A DNA stretch of 32,000 bases from Candidatus Brocadia sp. Its GTDB lineage: Bacteria; Planctomycetota; Brocadiia; Brocadiales; Brocadiaceae. Position 1 is the first letter of the stretch, and every line of letters begins with the position of its first letter. This document shows positions 14,980 to 24,636 of the stretch, piece by piece. The notes under the pieces are model-generated. The model saw only the letters and a program-made list of their open reading frames with translations. It had not been told where the DNA came from and did no database searches. The position numbers and the translations under genes are program-made. The DNA lies in NCBI GenBank assembly GCA_021650915.1, contig CP091279.1, forward strand, positions 1,980,001 to 2,012,000, read 5' to 3'.

Positions 14980-15834
14980 CTATCTCTGATAATGAGAATA
15001 AATCATTTTTGCCCGGTCTGCCAGTTGTTTAGCCTCGTCCTTCCTTCCGGTTCTTTCATAAAATGATGCCATGTTCTCCAGGATCGTCGCAACCAAAGGA
15101 TGATCCTTGCCATATTCTTTTTCATACAATTGGAGCGCCTTTTTATAAAGGATCTCTGCCTCGGCATTCTCGCCCTGCGAGGAATAGAGCGTCGCCAGAT
15201 TGTTCATTGCAGAGGCAAGGTCGGGATGGCCGGAACCGAGTGTTTTTTCTTCAATGGCCATGGCCCTTTTGTAAAACGGTATTGCCTCAGCGTATTTCTT
15301 CTGGTCTTGATACAGCTCTCCCAACTTGTTCAGGACGTTAACAATACGGGGATCTTCTGCGCCATACACATGTTCACCAATGCCAAGAGCCTGCCTGTAC
15401 AGGGGCTCCGCTTTTGCATATTTATCCTGGAGGAAATACATTTCTGCAAGTTCTTGCAGGACGCTTGCAACACTGGGGTGGTTCGGGCCAAATGATGCTT
15501 TATACATCGCAAGCGCCTGGTTGAAGAGGGGTTCAGCTTCGGCATGTCTGCCGTAGGTTCTGTAAAGAATTCCCAGTAGGGACATTGAATCGGCGATGCG
15601 GGTATCGCCGGGCGGAAATGTTTTTTTCGCTACCTTTAATGCCTCTTCACCCGCCTTTATTCCGTCCGCATATCGCTTTTTTTGCAGAAGTGAGATGGTT
15701 TTGTCATTGAGTTCCTTCCACACGTGCTCCTGGGGATATGCAGGTAAGGCGCACGAACCGAAAATGGCGAACACAACAAAAACCCTTAACCCACAGAGAC
15801 ACAGATGTTTCATCCTGTTTACTACCGCGACCAT
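14980..15834 (-). CDS. Tetratricopeptide-repeat protein with an N-terminal signal/anchor
   Basis: 284 aa. Consecutive TPR units (ALxxYxxxxGxxHPxVAxxLxNLAxLYxxQGxYxEAEPLYxxAL), kinesin-light-chain type, after a hydrophobic N-terminus. Confidence 0.85.
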   Translation of the reverse strand: MVAVVNRMKHLCLCGLRVFVVFAIFGSCALPAYPQEHVWKELNDKTISLLQKKRYADGIKAGEEALKVAKKTFPPGDTRIADSMSLLGILYRTYGRHAEAEPLFNQALAMYKASFGPNHPSVASVLQELAEMYFLQDKYAKAEPLYRQALGIGEHVYGAEDPRIVNVLNKLGELYQDQKKYAEAIPFYKRAMAIEEKTLGSGHPDLASAMNNLATLYSSQGENAEAEILYKKALQLYEKEYGKDHPLVATILENMASFYERTGRKDEAKQLADRAKMIYSHYQR

Positions 15835-16055
15835 TTCACAATCTCCTTTCAGAATGATAATGGCTAATATTCGTTTTATTTTTCACAGAATTATTATATC
15901 ATTATAGTATTGTCCTTGCCACTGCTCATGCAAACGGGGCAGTTGTCCGGACTGAATAAGCCGATTTTAAAGAAACTCATGGCGTTAACTCTTTTCCAAA
16001 AAAAGGAAAAATCAATACCCTGCGGAAACAAACTACCTTCCCCACGGATGGTCAA

Positions 16056-16343
16056 TTGAATAAAAAACACGGGAATTATTGGTTCTTGTACCTGATACGA
16101 TGCAACCAGGGAAAGCTCTACACCGGCATTACCACTGATGTGGAAAGAAGGTTTGCGGAACACACAGGGAACGATAAAAAAGGAGCAAAGTGCTTACGGG
16201 GAAAGGCTCCTTTAACGCTGGTTATGAAAAAGAAGATAGGAAGTAAGCGTGCGGCGTTAAGGATCGAATCGAGGGTGAAAAAACTATCAAAGGTCAGAAA
16301 AGAGATGTTCGTAGAAGGTAAGATCAAAATAAGAGAACTATGA
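16056..16343 (+). CDS. GIY-YIG nuclease-superfamily small protein (UPF0213-like)
   Basis: 95 aa. Contains WFLYLIRCNQGKLYTGITTDVERRFAEH...RIESRVKKLSK. The start is a TTG in the ORF track, so it is uncertain. Confidence 0.7.
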   Translation: MNKKHGNYWFLYLIRCNQGKLYTGITTDVERRFAEHTGNDKKGAKCLRGKAPLTLVMKKKIGSKRAALRIESRVKKLSKVRKEMFVEGKIKIREL

Positions 16344-18127
16344 TGAACAAGAATAAAACCAGGGATCAAATAGATGACAAATACAAGTGGGATTTGTCCG
16401 TTGTGTGCGCATCAAATAATGCCTGGGAAGATGACTATTGCAGGCTGGAGAAAGGACTTCCCCAACTCCTTGAATTTAAAGGTTCTCTTGCCGATCCCCG
16501 CAAGCTCGGAAAGTTTATGCAGTTGTACATCAACCATTCTGTCATGAGAGAAAATGTGTATGTCTATGCACATGCGCGCTTTTATGAAGATACCCGAAAC
16601 GCCCTCTATGAAGAGATGAAGGGCCGTATTGAACTGCTCGTCGCAAAGATTTCCGCAGAAACCGTTTTCATCAAAAAAGAATTGTCGTCTTTATCACAGA
16701 ACGATATCGATAGCATGATGCTCGAAAATCCTTCTTTGGCAGAATACCGGTTCTTTCTGGAGAGTTATGCCCGGTACCACCCCCACATCCTGTCTGAAGA
16801 AACAGAAACGGTGCTGGCGGAACTGGAAATCGCCTTGAAAAAGCCCGATGATATTTTTTCGGCCTACAACGACAATAATATTGTATTCACGAAGTTTGAG
16901 CATAAGGGAGAAACCATCCACCTCTCCCACGCGAAGTACGCCCAACTGTTAGAGTCTCACGACCGGGAGCTCCGGCAAAAGGCATTTGAACACTATTACC
17001 GTCCTTTCCGGCAAAATATTGACGTCCTGGCAAATACCTATGCCGCGAACGTGCTGACAAATATCAAACTGGCAAAAGTGCGGAACTATCCGTCCATGCT
17101 GGAAATGGCCTTGTTTCCTGATTATCTGCCGGCCTCCGTAATCAGCAATCTCGTGGAAGTCGCCAAAGAAAACATTGATGCGATCAGTGAATTCAATGCC
17201 CTGAAAAAAGAGGCTCTTGGCATTGAAGCGTTGCACTTCTATGATAATTATGTCCCACTGGTCAAGGCGATTGATAAGAAATACTCTTACGAAGAGGCAA
17301 TTGCGCTGGTACGCACGGCGCTTGAACCCCTTGGCGCAGCATATCTCAGGAAGTACGACGCCACGATCCGGGCGCGGGTCATTGATGTATTTGAGTCTCC
17401 CGGCAAGAGGTCCGGGGCGTTTTCCTGGGGGAGTTATGCAAGCCGGGGATTGATTTTCTTAAATTACACGGAAAAGTTCTCTGATGTCTCAACCTTTGCC
17501 CACGAGTTCGGGCATTGCCTGCACCGGGATTATTCTATTGAAATCCAGCCCTATCTCTACTACCAAAACCCCATCTTTCTGGCCGAGGTGGCCTCGACAT
17601 TCAATGAGGCTTTATTATTTGATCACATGTCAAAGATTGCCGAGTCCGCCGAAGAAAAGAAGTTCTTTCTGTATCACAATATGAAACGGACAGAGGCAAC
17701 CTTCTTCCGGCAGACGATGTTTGCAAATTTTGAAATGGATGTTCACACGACGGCGGAATCCGGCAAGGTGTTGATCGCAAAAAGCATAACCGACATTTAC
17801 CGGAAAAACCTTGAGACGTATCTGGGCCGGGGTATGATTATTGACGATGAGTTAAACTACGAGTGGGCGCGCATCCCCCATTTTTATCATGCCTTTTATG
17901 TCTACAAATATGCCACCAGTCTGTCAGTGGCGATTGCCCTGTCCGAGCGGGTAATCTCTGGTGAAAAAGACGCAGTTGAGGATTATCTGGCATTTCTGGG
18001 GGCAGGGTCACACAAAGAGCCGCTTGAAATCCTTAAGGACGCTGGAATCGACCTTACCGGGAAAGGGGTATATGAAGTGACGGTTCATAAATTCAGGAAA
18101 TTATTGAAAGAATACAAAGCGTTATAA
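16340..18127 (+). CDS. pepF: Oligoendopeptidase F (M3B family)
   Basis: 595 aa. Zinc motif FAHEFGHCLH. N-terminal WDLS... and overall M3B-like layout. The start overlaps the upstream stop (ATGATGA). Confidence 0.85.
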   Translation: MMNKNKTRDQIDDKYKWDLSVVCASNNAWEDDYCRLEKGLPQLLEFKGSLADPRKLGKFMQLYINHSVMRENVYVYAHARFYEDTRNALYEEMKGRIELLVAKISAETVFIKKELSSLSQNDIDSMMLENPSLAEYRFFLESYARYHPHILSEETETVLAELEIALKKPDDIFSAYNDNNIVFTKFEHKGETIHLSHAKYAQLLESHDRELRQKAFEHYYRPFRQNIDVLANTYAANVLTNIKLAKVRNYPSMLEMALFPDYLPASVISNLVEVAKENIDAISEFNALKKEALGIEALHFYDNYVPLVKAIDKKYSYEEAIALVRTALEPLGAAYLRKYDATIRARVIDVFESPGKRSGAFSWGSYASRGLIFLNYTEKFSDVSTFAHEFGHCLHRDYSIEIQPYLYYQNPIFLAEVASTFNEALLFDHMSKIAESAEEKKFFLYHNMKRTEATFFRQTMFANFEMDVHTTAESGKVLIAKSITDIYRKNLETYLGRGMIIDDELNYEWARIPHFYHAFYVYKYATSLSVAIALSERVISGEKDAVEDYLAFLGAGSHKEPLEILKDAGIDLTGKGVYEVTVHKFRKLLKEYKAL

Positions 18128-18146
18128 AATCAGAAAGGAGATTTTT

Positions 18147-19874
18147 GTGATGTGCTTAAAACGACGCTGGAAATTGTTTCCTGTCATAGGGTGTAAAATT
18201 ACGCTCCTAACGGTGCTTGTGTTTACTCGCGCCTTTCCTGCATATGGAGAAATACGTGGAGACTTTAACGGGGATGGTTTCTCTGACCTTGCAATTGGGG
18301 TTCCTTTTGAAGATATAACCGCGGGTACAGCAACTGTCACCGATGCAGGGGCTGTAAATGTACTCTATGGTTCATTGGCGGGACTTCAAGCATCCTCACC
18401 TGATGATCAATTCTGGTATCAGGGCGATTCGGGTGTACAAGATAGCGCTGAAAGAATAGACAGGTTCGGATATTCTTTAGGTACGGGCGACTTCAATGGC
18501 GACGGATGCGATGATTTGGCAATTGGAGTCCCGTTTGAAAATATAACGGTAGGAACAACAACCGTTAACAATGCAGGCGCTGTACAGGTGTTGTACGGTT
18601 CGTCCGTCACAGGACTCCAGACAACCTCGCCTGACGATCAGTTCTGGTGCCAGAACTGTCCAGGGGTTCGGGATATACCCGAAACAGAAGATTATTTCGG
18701 TTGGGCTTTAAGTGTGGGCGACTTCAATGGCGACGGATACGACGATTTGGCAATTGGAGTGCCCGCTGAAGATCGTGCAGGCGCTGTACAGGTGCTATAC
18801 GGTTCATCTGCGGGACTTCAGACAACCTTGACTGACGATCAGTTCTGGCATCAGGACAGTGGAGGAATCAAAGAAGCAAGAGAAACACAGGATAACTTTG
18901 GCCGGTATTTAAGTGTCGGTGACTTTAATAACGACGGGTATGATGATTTGGCAATCGGAGTCCCCGATGAAGATATAGTCGCAGGAACAAGAAACGTCCA
19001 TAATGCAGGTGCGGTACAGATTTTATACGGTTCGACTCATGGACTTCAGGCGAACGGTGTGGATGTGCCCGATGATCAGCTCTGGTACCAGGGCTATTCG
19101 GGTGTCCAGGATACGCCAGAAGCCGGGGATTATTTCGGTTCGAATTTAAGCGCCGGCGATTTCAACAATGATGGGTATGACGACCTGGCGATTGGAGTTT
19201 ATCGTGAAGTTAGTATAACAGGAACCAACAATGAGGGAGCTGTACAGGTGTTATATGGTTCATTTAACGGACTTCAAGCGAATGGTGTGGGTGCGCCTGA
19301 CGATCAGTTCTGGCAACAGGGCGGCGATGTCCACGACCATGCCGAAGAAAAAGACAATTTCGGCTTGCCTTTAGCTTCGGGAGACTTCAATAACGACGGA
19401 TATGACGATTTGGCCGTTGGAGTTTCTGATGAAGATATCATAGAAGATGAAGCAGGCCACCTTAATGATGAGGGCGCCGTAACGGTGTTATATGGTTCAT
19501 CTGATGGACTTCAGGCAAATGGCGTGAATGGTCCTGATGATCAGTTCTGGCACCAGAATAGTCCTGGAATGAGAAGTTTTGCGGAAATAAAAGATTGTTT
19601 TGGCTCATCGTTAGGTGTGGGCGACTATAATGGCGATGGAAGTGACGATTTGGCAATTGGGATTTTTAAAGAAGATGCGAGAGCAAGAAGCCTTTTCGAC
19701 GCCGGCGCTGTAGCGGTGTTATACGGTTCATCCACTGCGGGACTTCAGGTATCTGCGCCTGATGATCAACTCTGGGGACAGAATAGTCCCGGCGTCCTGG
19801 ATGAAGCAGAGGATGGGGATCATTTCGGGATGGCCTTGGCGGAGACTCATGAGGATGGAGACCTGCCGCAATAA
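18147..19874 (+). CDS. Secreted seven-repeat FG-GAP (integrin-alpha-type beta-propeller) protein
   Basis: AAAGGAG RBS. Signal-like N-terminus. Seven GD[FY]N[GN]DGxxDLA[IV]G[IV] ... GAVxVLYGS units. Confidence 0.85.
   Translation: MMCLKRRWKLFPVIGCKITLLTVLVFTRAFPAYGEIRGDFNGDGFSDLAIGVPFEDITAGTATVTDAGAVNVLYGSLAGLQASSPDDQFWYQGDSGVQDSAERIDRFGYSLGTGDFNGDGCDDLAIGVPFENITVGTTTVNNAGAVQVLYGSSVTGLQTTSPDDQFWCQNCPGVRDIPETEDYFGWALSVGDFNGDGYDDLAIGVPAEDRAGAVQVLYGSSAGLQTTLTDDQFWHQDSGGIKEARETQDNFGRYLSVGDFNNDGYDDLAIGVPDEDIVAGTRNVHNAGAVQILYGSTHGLQANGVDVPDDQLWYQGYSGVQDTPEAGDYFGSNLSAGDFNNDGYDDLAIGVYREVSITGTNNEGAVQVLYGSFNGLQANGVGAPDDQFWQQGGDVHDHAEEKDNFGLPLASGDFNNDGYDDLAVGVSDEDIIEDEAGHLNDEGAVTVLYGSSDGLQANGVNGPDDQFWHQNSPGMRSFAEIKDCFGSSLGVGDYNGDGSDDLAIGIFKEDARARSLFDAGAVAVLYGSSTAGLQVSAPDDQLWGQNSPGVLDEAEDGDHFGMALAETHEDGDLPQ
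18258..19830 (+). repeat. Intragenic tandem repeats (about 200-235 bp units) encoding the FG-GAP blades
   Basis: DNA-level recurrence of ggcgacttcaatggcgacgga...gatttggcaattggagt...gcaggcgctgtacaggtg...tacggttc across the gene. Confidence 0.7.
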
Positions 19875-19883
19875 CCAGGGACG

Positions 19884-20678
19884 TTGAAGAGAGGTGTGCG
19901 CGATTTACCGGCAGATGCCTTTGCAACTGCAGCAAAACGCCTCAGTGTTAGCGAAGAACGATATCAGATTTTATACGAGGAGTTTTGCTCTACGTTTCGG
20001 GCGGGTCAGAGGGTATTTATTTTGAAAATTACGAACGGGCAGCGGTTCCTTTTCGTTCCCTACATTCTTTTTCCCATAACAATCGGGTTGGGAATGCTAT
20101 TGATCGTTTTCTGCGCCAATGCCGTTTCTGGACCGGAGAGAGCTACGAATTTGGTATCCCCACCGGGAGCCGGAACAACCCTGCACGCTGCTCCGGAAGA
20201 ACCCCTGCCACCCGAAACGGTGCAACATATGCTAAGGGAAAAAGGGCTTTTCGATTCCCGCAGGAATCCTGCAGGACATGGTATTTCTCATAAATACGAA
20301 CTGCAGAAAAACGGCAGGATTGTGTATGACCATGCCAGCGGCCTGATGTGGCATCAGGCGGGTTCACGAAACGATATGAACTACCAGGATGCGAAGGACT
20401 ATATTTCAGCGCTGAATAAAGAGCGGTTTGCCGGTTATCGCGACTGGCGTCTGCCAACCCTGGAAGAGGCAATATCATTAACAGAACCGGGGAAAAAGAA
20501 CGGAGATTTGTACCTGGATCCGATATTTGATTCCCGCCAGAGAAGGGTATGGACGGCGGATCTCAGGAAGGACGGTATGGCCTGGACGGTCTGGTTCGAT
20601 TCCGGCTTTTGTGACTATACGTATACCGACACCAACATCAGGCACTACATCAGAGCAGTCAGGACAATGCTTCCTTAA
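19884..20678 (+). CDS. DUF1566 (Lcl C-terminal domain) protein with a membrane anchor
   Basis: C-terminal HASGLMWHQ...MNYQDAKDYISALNKERFAGYRDWRLPTLEEAISL...VWTAD matches the DUF1566 signature. There is a hydrophobic segment FLFVPYILFPITIGLGMLLIVF. The start codon (TTG in the track) is uncertain. Confidence 0.7.
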   Translation: MKRGVRDLPADAFATAAKRLSVSEERYQILYEEFCSTFRAGQRVFILKITNGQRFLFVPYILFPITIGLGMLLIVFCANAVSGPERATNLVSPPGAGTTLHAAPEEPLPPETVQHMLREKGLFDSRRNPAGHGISHKYELQKNGRIVYDHASGLMWHQAGSRNDMNYQDAKDYISALNKERFAGYRDWRLPTLEEAISLTEPGKKNGDLYLDPIFDSRQRRVWTADLRKDGMAWTVWFDSGFCDYTYTDTNIRHYIRAVRTMLP

Positions 20679-20799
20679 GGTAAGGTTCATAGCGCGTCAC
20701 TGCTGCAACCAAGTCCTCCTTAGAAAGAGGGGAGAAAGGCGTGCCTTGAAGTATGGGATACCTAAGTGGTTGAAAATATCACCTCTGCGAGCCTAAATC

Positions 20800-22760
20800 C
20801 TCGTAGAGAAGTTTGTACCTATGCGTATACAAAGGAGCAATCCGTATGCGTAGAAGGATAGCGTATTCCCGTGAGGGGTATGACGGAGTACGAGGTACAG
20901 ACGACCTTTTGGGGTGTATGAGTATGGCGTGTTAGTTCGTGCCAACTGCCCTTTCTCAGTGAAGCACTGACAATGTCCTTGTTGGAGATGTCAAAAGAGA
21001 CCTGGTGAAAACATCTCTGGATAATGCGTTTGAACATACATCACGAAGGGAAAAGGGGTAATCCATATGACCGGGGGAGGACTTACGTCTTGGGAAGAAA
21101 TTCCCTAACAGCGAGGTATAAGGGAAATCCGAAATCCAAGCTGTATGAGATGGTGACAGACGACTGGCTCTCACAGGTCTGTCTTTGAAGTCGTCAGCAG
21201 TGCTCATAATAGTTTCTGGTGTAAGCCAGGAATGAAGGGGCATAACCGTAGTGGAGTTGATGAAACGTGGTAGATTGAATACGTTCCATGAGAAAAGAGA
21301 CTCTTTGCATGGGCAAGTAGTAGCAAGAGACTCTCTTGTTTTGCCTCTGTCAGGAGGAATCTCGACTCAGGAAACACGATTGACAAGTCTATTATCCGGA
21401 ATCAATCAAAAGGAACATATCGGGAGATGCTTAAGTATCATTCTTTAAGAGACAAGGTATTCAGTCTGAGAAACCTTTATGCGGCTTTTGGGCACGTAAA
21501 GAAGAATAAAGGCAAGGCTGGTCTCGACAGGGTAAGTATTAAGCAGTTTGAAAGTGACCTTGAGAATAACATACAAACTATTCACAGGGAACTGAAAACC
21601 GCCATATACAACCCTGCACCCGTCCTAAGGGTCTACATTCCCAAAGGCAGGCATGACAAGAGACCTCTTGGCATTCCCATTGTCAAGGACAGGGTGGTAC
21701 AGCAGGCGTTCAGACAAATCATAGAGCCAATATTCGAGAAAGAATTCTCGGATAACAGCTTTGGATTTCGTCCAAACAGATGCTGTCATGATGCTATCAA
21801 ACGGATTGAACAGTATAAGCAGCAAGGGTATCGGAACATTTTGGACGCCGATATAAAGGCGTTCTATGACACCATACCTCATAAGCTTATCATGAACTCC
21901 TTGCGTGAGAAAATCGCTGACGGATGGGTTTTGAACAGTATCGAGAACATGCTCAAGGCAGGGGTCATGGAGAACGGCATCGTGCATGAGACAAATCAAG
22001 GCACTCCGCAAGGAGGCGTCATATCTCCCTTGCTTGCAAACCTTATCGGTGACATCATCGACAAGGAGCTTGAAAAGGCAGGATATAAATTTGTCCGCTA
22101 TGCCGATGACTTCGTTGTCATGACTAAAACGAAAGAAGAACTCCCTGCCGCCCTTCAGTACGTCAAGGAAATCATCGAAGGGAAACTTGAAATGAAGCTG
22201 AACGAGGATAAAACCAGGCTCACCAACTTCAAACGAGGCTTCCGGTTTCTCGGATATAATTTCATGGGCAAGAACAAGGGTGTAAGCATGAAATCCCTGG
22301 ACAAACTCAAGGACGCCGTCAGGGACATCACCAAACGCACACAAGGCGTCAATCTGCAAGCCGTCATTGATACATTAATCCTGTCATAAGGGGACATGTC
22401 AACTATTTTCGGCTGGGCAATGTACAAACGGTATATCGTTCGTTAGACTGCTGGGTACGCATGAGACTGAGAAGTTTCAAGTTTTCGAGAAAATGGAAAA
22501 CTGACAACAAACGTTTCCCGGTACACCGATTCTTTAAGATGGGGTTACTCTCATTTGAAAGAGAATTTCTTAAGGCACGTGCAAAGGCATGATAGGTTAC
22601 TTTTCTCTGCTCCAGAGCAACACTATGGGGTCGCTAACTACGGGAAAGCCGTATGGTTTAAAAGGATACTTTGTCACGTTGTCCAAAGTATCTGGCGACG
22701 ATTGGGGGTTGGAGGCGGTTCGCCTCCTTCCTACCAGCTAGATATCCCCCGGAGCAAAGA
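20800..22760 (+). mobile_element. Group II intron (approximate boundaries) located between genes
   Basis: Contains a group II intron-encoded RT/maturase preceded by about 600 nt of non-coding sequence without credible ORFs and followed by hairpin-rich sequence. I could not pin a GUGYG 5' end or a canonical domain V by eye. Confidence 0.6.
21427..22592 (+). pseudogene. Group II intron-encoded RT/maturase, interrupted by a 1-nt frameshift; no endonuclease domain
   Basis: RT motifs are present (RVYIPKGRHDKRPLGIP, KDRVVQQA, DADIKAFYDTI, GTPQGGVISPLLANL, VRYADDFVV, LNEDKT, FRFLGY). The frame stops at 22389, but the -1 frame from 22377 continues NPVIRGHVNYFRLGN...RLRSFKF, the maturase X domain, up to the TGA at 22590-22592. 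Confidence 0.8.
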
Positions 22761-22858
22761 TAAAGCGTCACGTATCCTGGAGAGATGCGGTGCTGCCGGA
22801 TTCCCTGATTTAGCCTTCAGGAAAAAAGACCCTTCGCACATCAATAAGGAGGTAGAGC

Positions 22859-24502
22859 GTGCGTTTGAAGTCAAAAGAATTCCTGCTTCTTTTTGGGATA
22901 TTCTATGCGTTCTTTCTTTTATTAGCGCCTTTTGACTCCTTTGGCACTATTCCATTAAGCTTCCATCAGGGCTTTTTTAGTCTGGTAAGATTTGACCTGG
23001 TTGCTGACGATGGTGGACACTATGCGTATTTAAGGTCTTTATTCTTTGATGGAAATATTGATTTTGCCAACGAACCCTTTAATAGCCTTTTGAAGCCGGA
23101 TGTAACAGGGTATCTTTCTAATCCCTGGACGATAGGCGCATCAATCCTCTGGACACCCTTCTTCCTGATTGGCCATTTGATAACCCTGACACTCAATTGG
23201 CTCGGTTGTAGTTTGGGAGAACATGGTTATTCCTATCCTTACATTTCAATGCTGGCGATAGGCTCCCTGTTCTATAGTTATTGCGGGTTGGTTTTTTGCG
23301 TTAAGTTTTTGGAGCTATTATTTCCTTCCGGTTCTTTCTTTGCCACTGTGGTAACGTTCACTTCATCTTGTTTTTTGTATTACTCTTTCATAAGGCCGTA
23401 CTCAGATGCAAACATGGAATTTTTTGCCTTATCCCTCTTCATTTATTTATTCACCTTCTATGCAGTCAGGAAGCCGGACGGCAGGGCATTCTTCATCTGT
23501 CTCGGAATTTCGTGCGGTTTATTAGCATTAATCAGATTCAACGGAATTATTTATCTTGCAATAATCATAACGTATTTAACCTTAACCATTCGCATCTCAC
23601 GGATAAGCGTAACAAACATCGTTTACACCCTGATTCCCTTTCTTGTCGTCATCAGTGTACAGGGTTGCTGCAACAAAGTGCTTCATGGCGGTATGTTTCT
23701 GGTAAGCAAGGATACAACCGGAAATGTAGTATCCTTTGATATTGTCAAAATGAAAGACATTTTGATCGGCAAGTCAGGCCTTTTGCTTCAGTGTCCTGTG
23801 TACCTTACGGGTATACTGGGTTACGTTGATTTAATCAGGCATCACAAATCGTTAAGGCAGTACTGTTATGCTCTGTTCTCTGGCTTTCTCCTCCAGATAT
23901 TGCTGGTATCAACGCTCGCTAACTATGGCAATGATTATGGCATACGGTATCTTGCTTCAACGATCGTATTGGTCATGCCTGGTATTGCAAGATTTTTTTC
24001 TCAGTTGAACAAAACAAAGATCTTTCTTGCGGTGGGGCTGGTATTGTGGCAATACGTCCAGGTAATACAGTATAAAATAATCTTTGATTATCATAATTTT
24101 AGCATCTTTAAAGCGCCATACTACCTTTGGCTGATACTGAAAGATCGTCAGGACTTGTTGTTGCGGTCATCAAATTATGTCTCGTTAGTGTTACGAGGAT
24201 TTTGGGGAGTTGAGAATTATACAGATGCCTATTTCCTCTGTTTCATTCCCTGTTTTGTTGCAGCATTATTATTCCTTACACCATACATTCTTACGGTGTG
24301 TAAAAAGAAAATAGCGATAGGATTTGTCCTGATCTTTTTTCTCTTCACATCATGTCTGATCGTTTTCAACTCGCCGAAATTTTCTCAGGATGAAACGGAC
24401 CGTCGTCACAGGCTTTATTCTCAGGTAAATATACCCGATGCAGTAGGATATACGTTTAAAATGATGAACGACAACCTGGGGATTAAGGTACAAAATTGGT
24501 GA
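22859..24502 (+). CDS. Polytopic membrane protein, possible GT-C-fold glycosyltransferase
   Basis: GTG start 7 nt after AAGGAGG. 547 aa with many hydrophobic helices. An acidic first-loop motif (LVADDGGHYAYLRSLFFDGNIDFANE) is reminiscent of ArnT/PMT-like enzymes. The functional call is weak. Confidence 0.4.
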   Translation: MRLKSKEFLLLFGIFYAFFLLLAPFDSFGTIPLSFHQGFFSLVRFDLVADDGGHYAYLRSLFFDGNIDFANEPFNSLLKPDVTGYLSNPWTIGASILWTPFFLIGHLITLTLNWLGCSLGEHGYSYPYISMLAIGSLFYSYCGLVFCVKFLELLFPSGSFFATVVTFTSSCFLYYSFIRPYSDANMEFFALSLFIYLFTFYAVRKPDGRAFFICLGISCGLLALIRFNGIIYLAIIITYLTLTIRISRISVTNIVYTLIPFLVVISVQGCCNKVLHGGMFLVSKDTTGNVVSFDIVKMKDILIGKSGLLLQCPVYLTGILGYVDLIRHHKSLRQYCYALFSGFLLQILLVSTLANYGNDYGIRYLASTIVLVMPGIARFFSQLNKTKIFLAVGLVLWQYVQVIQYKIIFDYHNFSIFKAPYYLWLILKDRQDLLLRSSNYVSLVLRGFWGVENYTDAYFLCFIPCFVAALLFLTPYILTVCKKKIAIGFVLIFFLFTSCLIVFNSPKFSQDETDRRHRLYSQVNIPDAVGYTFKMMNDNLGIKVQNW

Positions 24503-24597
24503 GTGGCAAACGCCGCACCGTGCGCTCAACGACATCTCTTTTTTTTCCATATCAGAGCGCCAAGAACCGTTCCGGAGATCTCCGCAATCTGAAAACA

Positions 24598-24636
24598 GCG
24601 GGGAAAAAGAGAATGCCCTCCCTTTCCCGCTTTTTT
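24598..24636. terminator. Putative bidirectional rho-independent terminator between convergent genes
   Basis: GCGGGGAAA...CTTTCCCGC stem followed by TTTTTT on the plus strand. On the minus strand the same stem follows the gdh stop codon and precedes TGTTTTC. Confidence 0.55.

Noticed and set aside
20819-21448. Short ORFs (20819..21037, 20956..21243, 21204..21386, 21251..21448) upstream of the intron RT.
   Set aside because: They fall in the presumed ribozyme domains I-IV of the group II intron, have no coding signatures and overlap each other.
22555-22935. 126-aa plus-strand ORF bridging the intron 3' region and the membrane-protein gene.
   Set aside because: It overlaps the maturase X-domain frame end and the hairpin-rich intron tail, then runs out of frame into the next gene. 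The GTG at 22859 with AAGGAGG is the credible start for the downstream gene.
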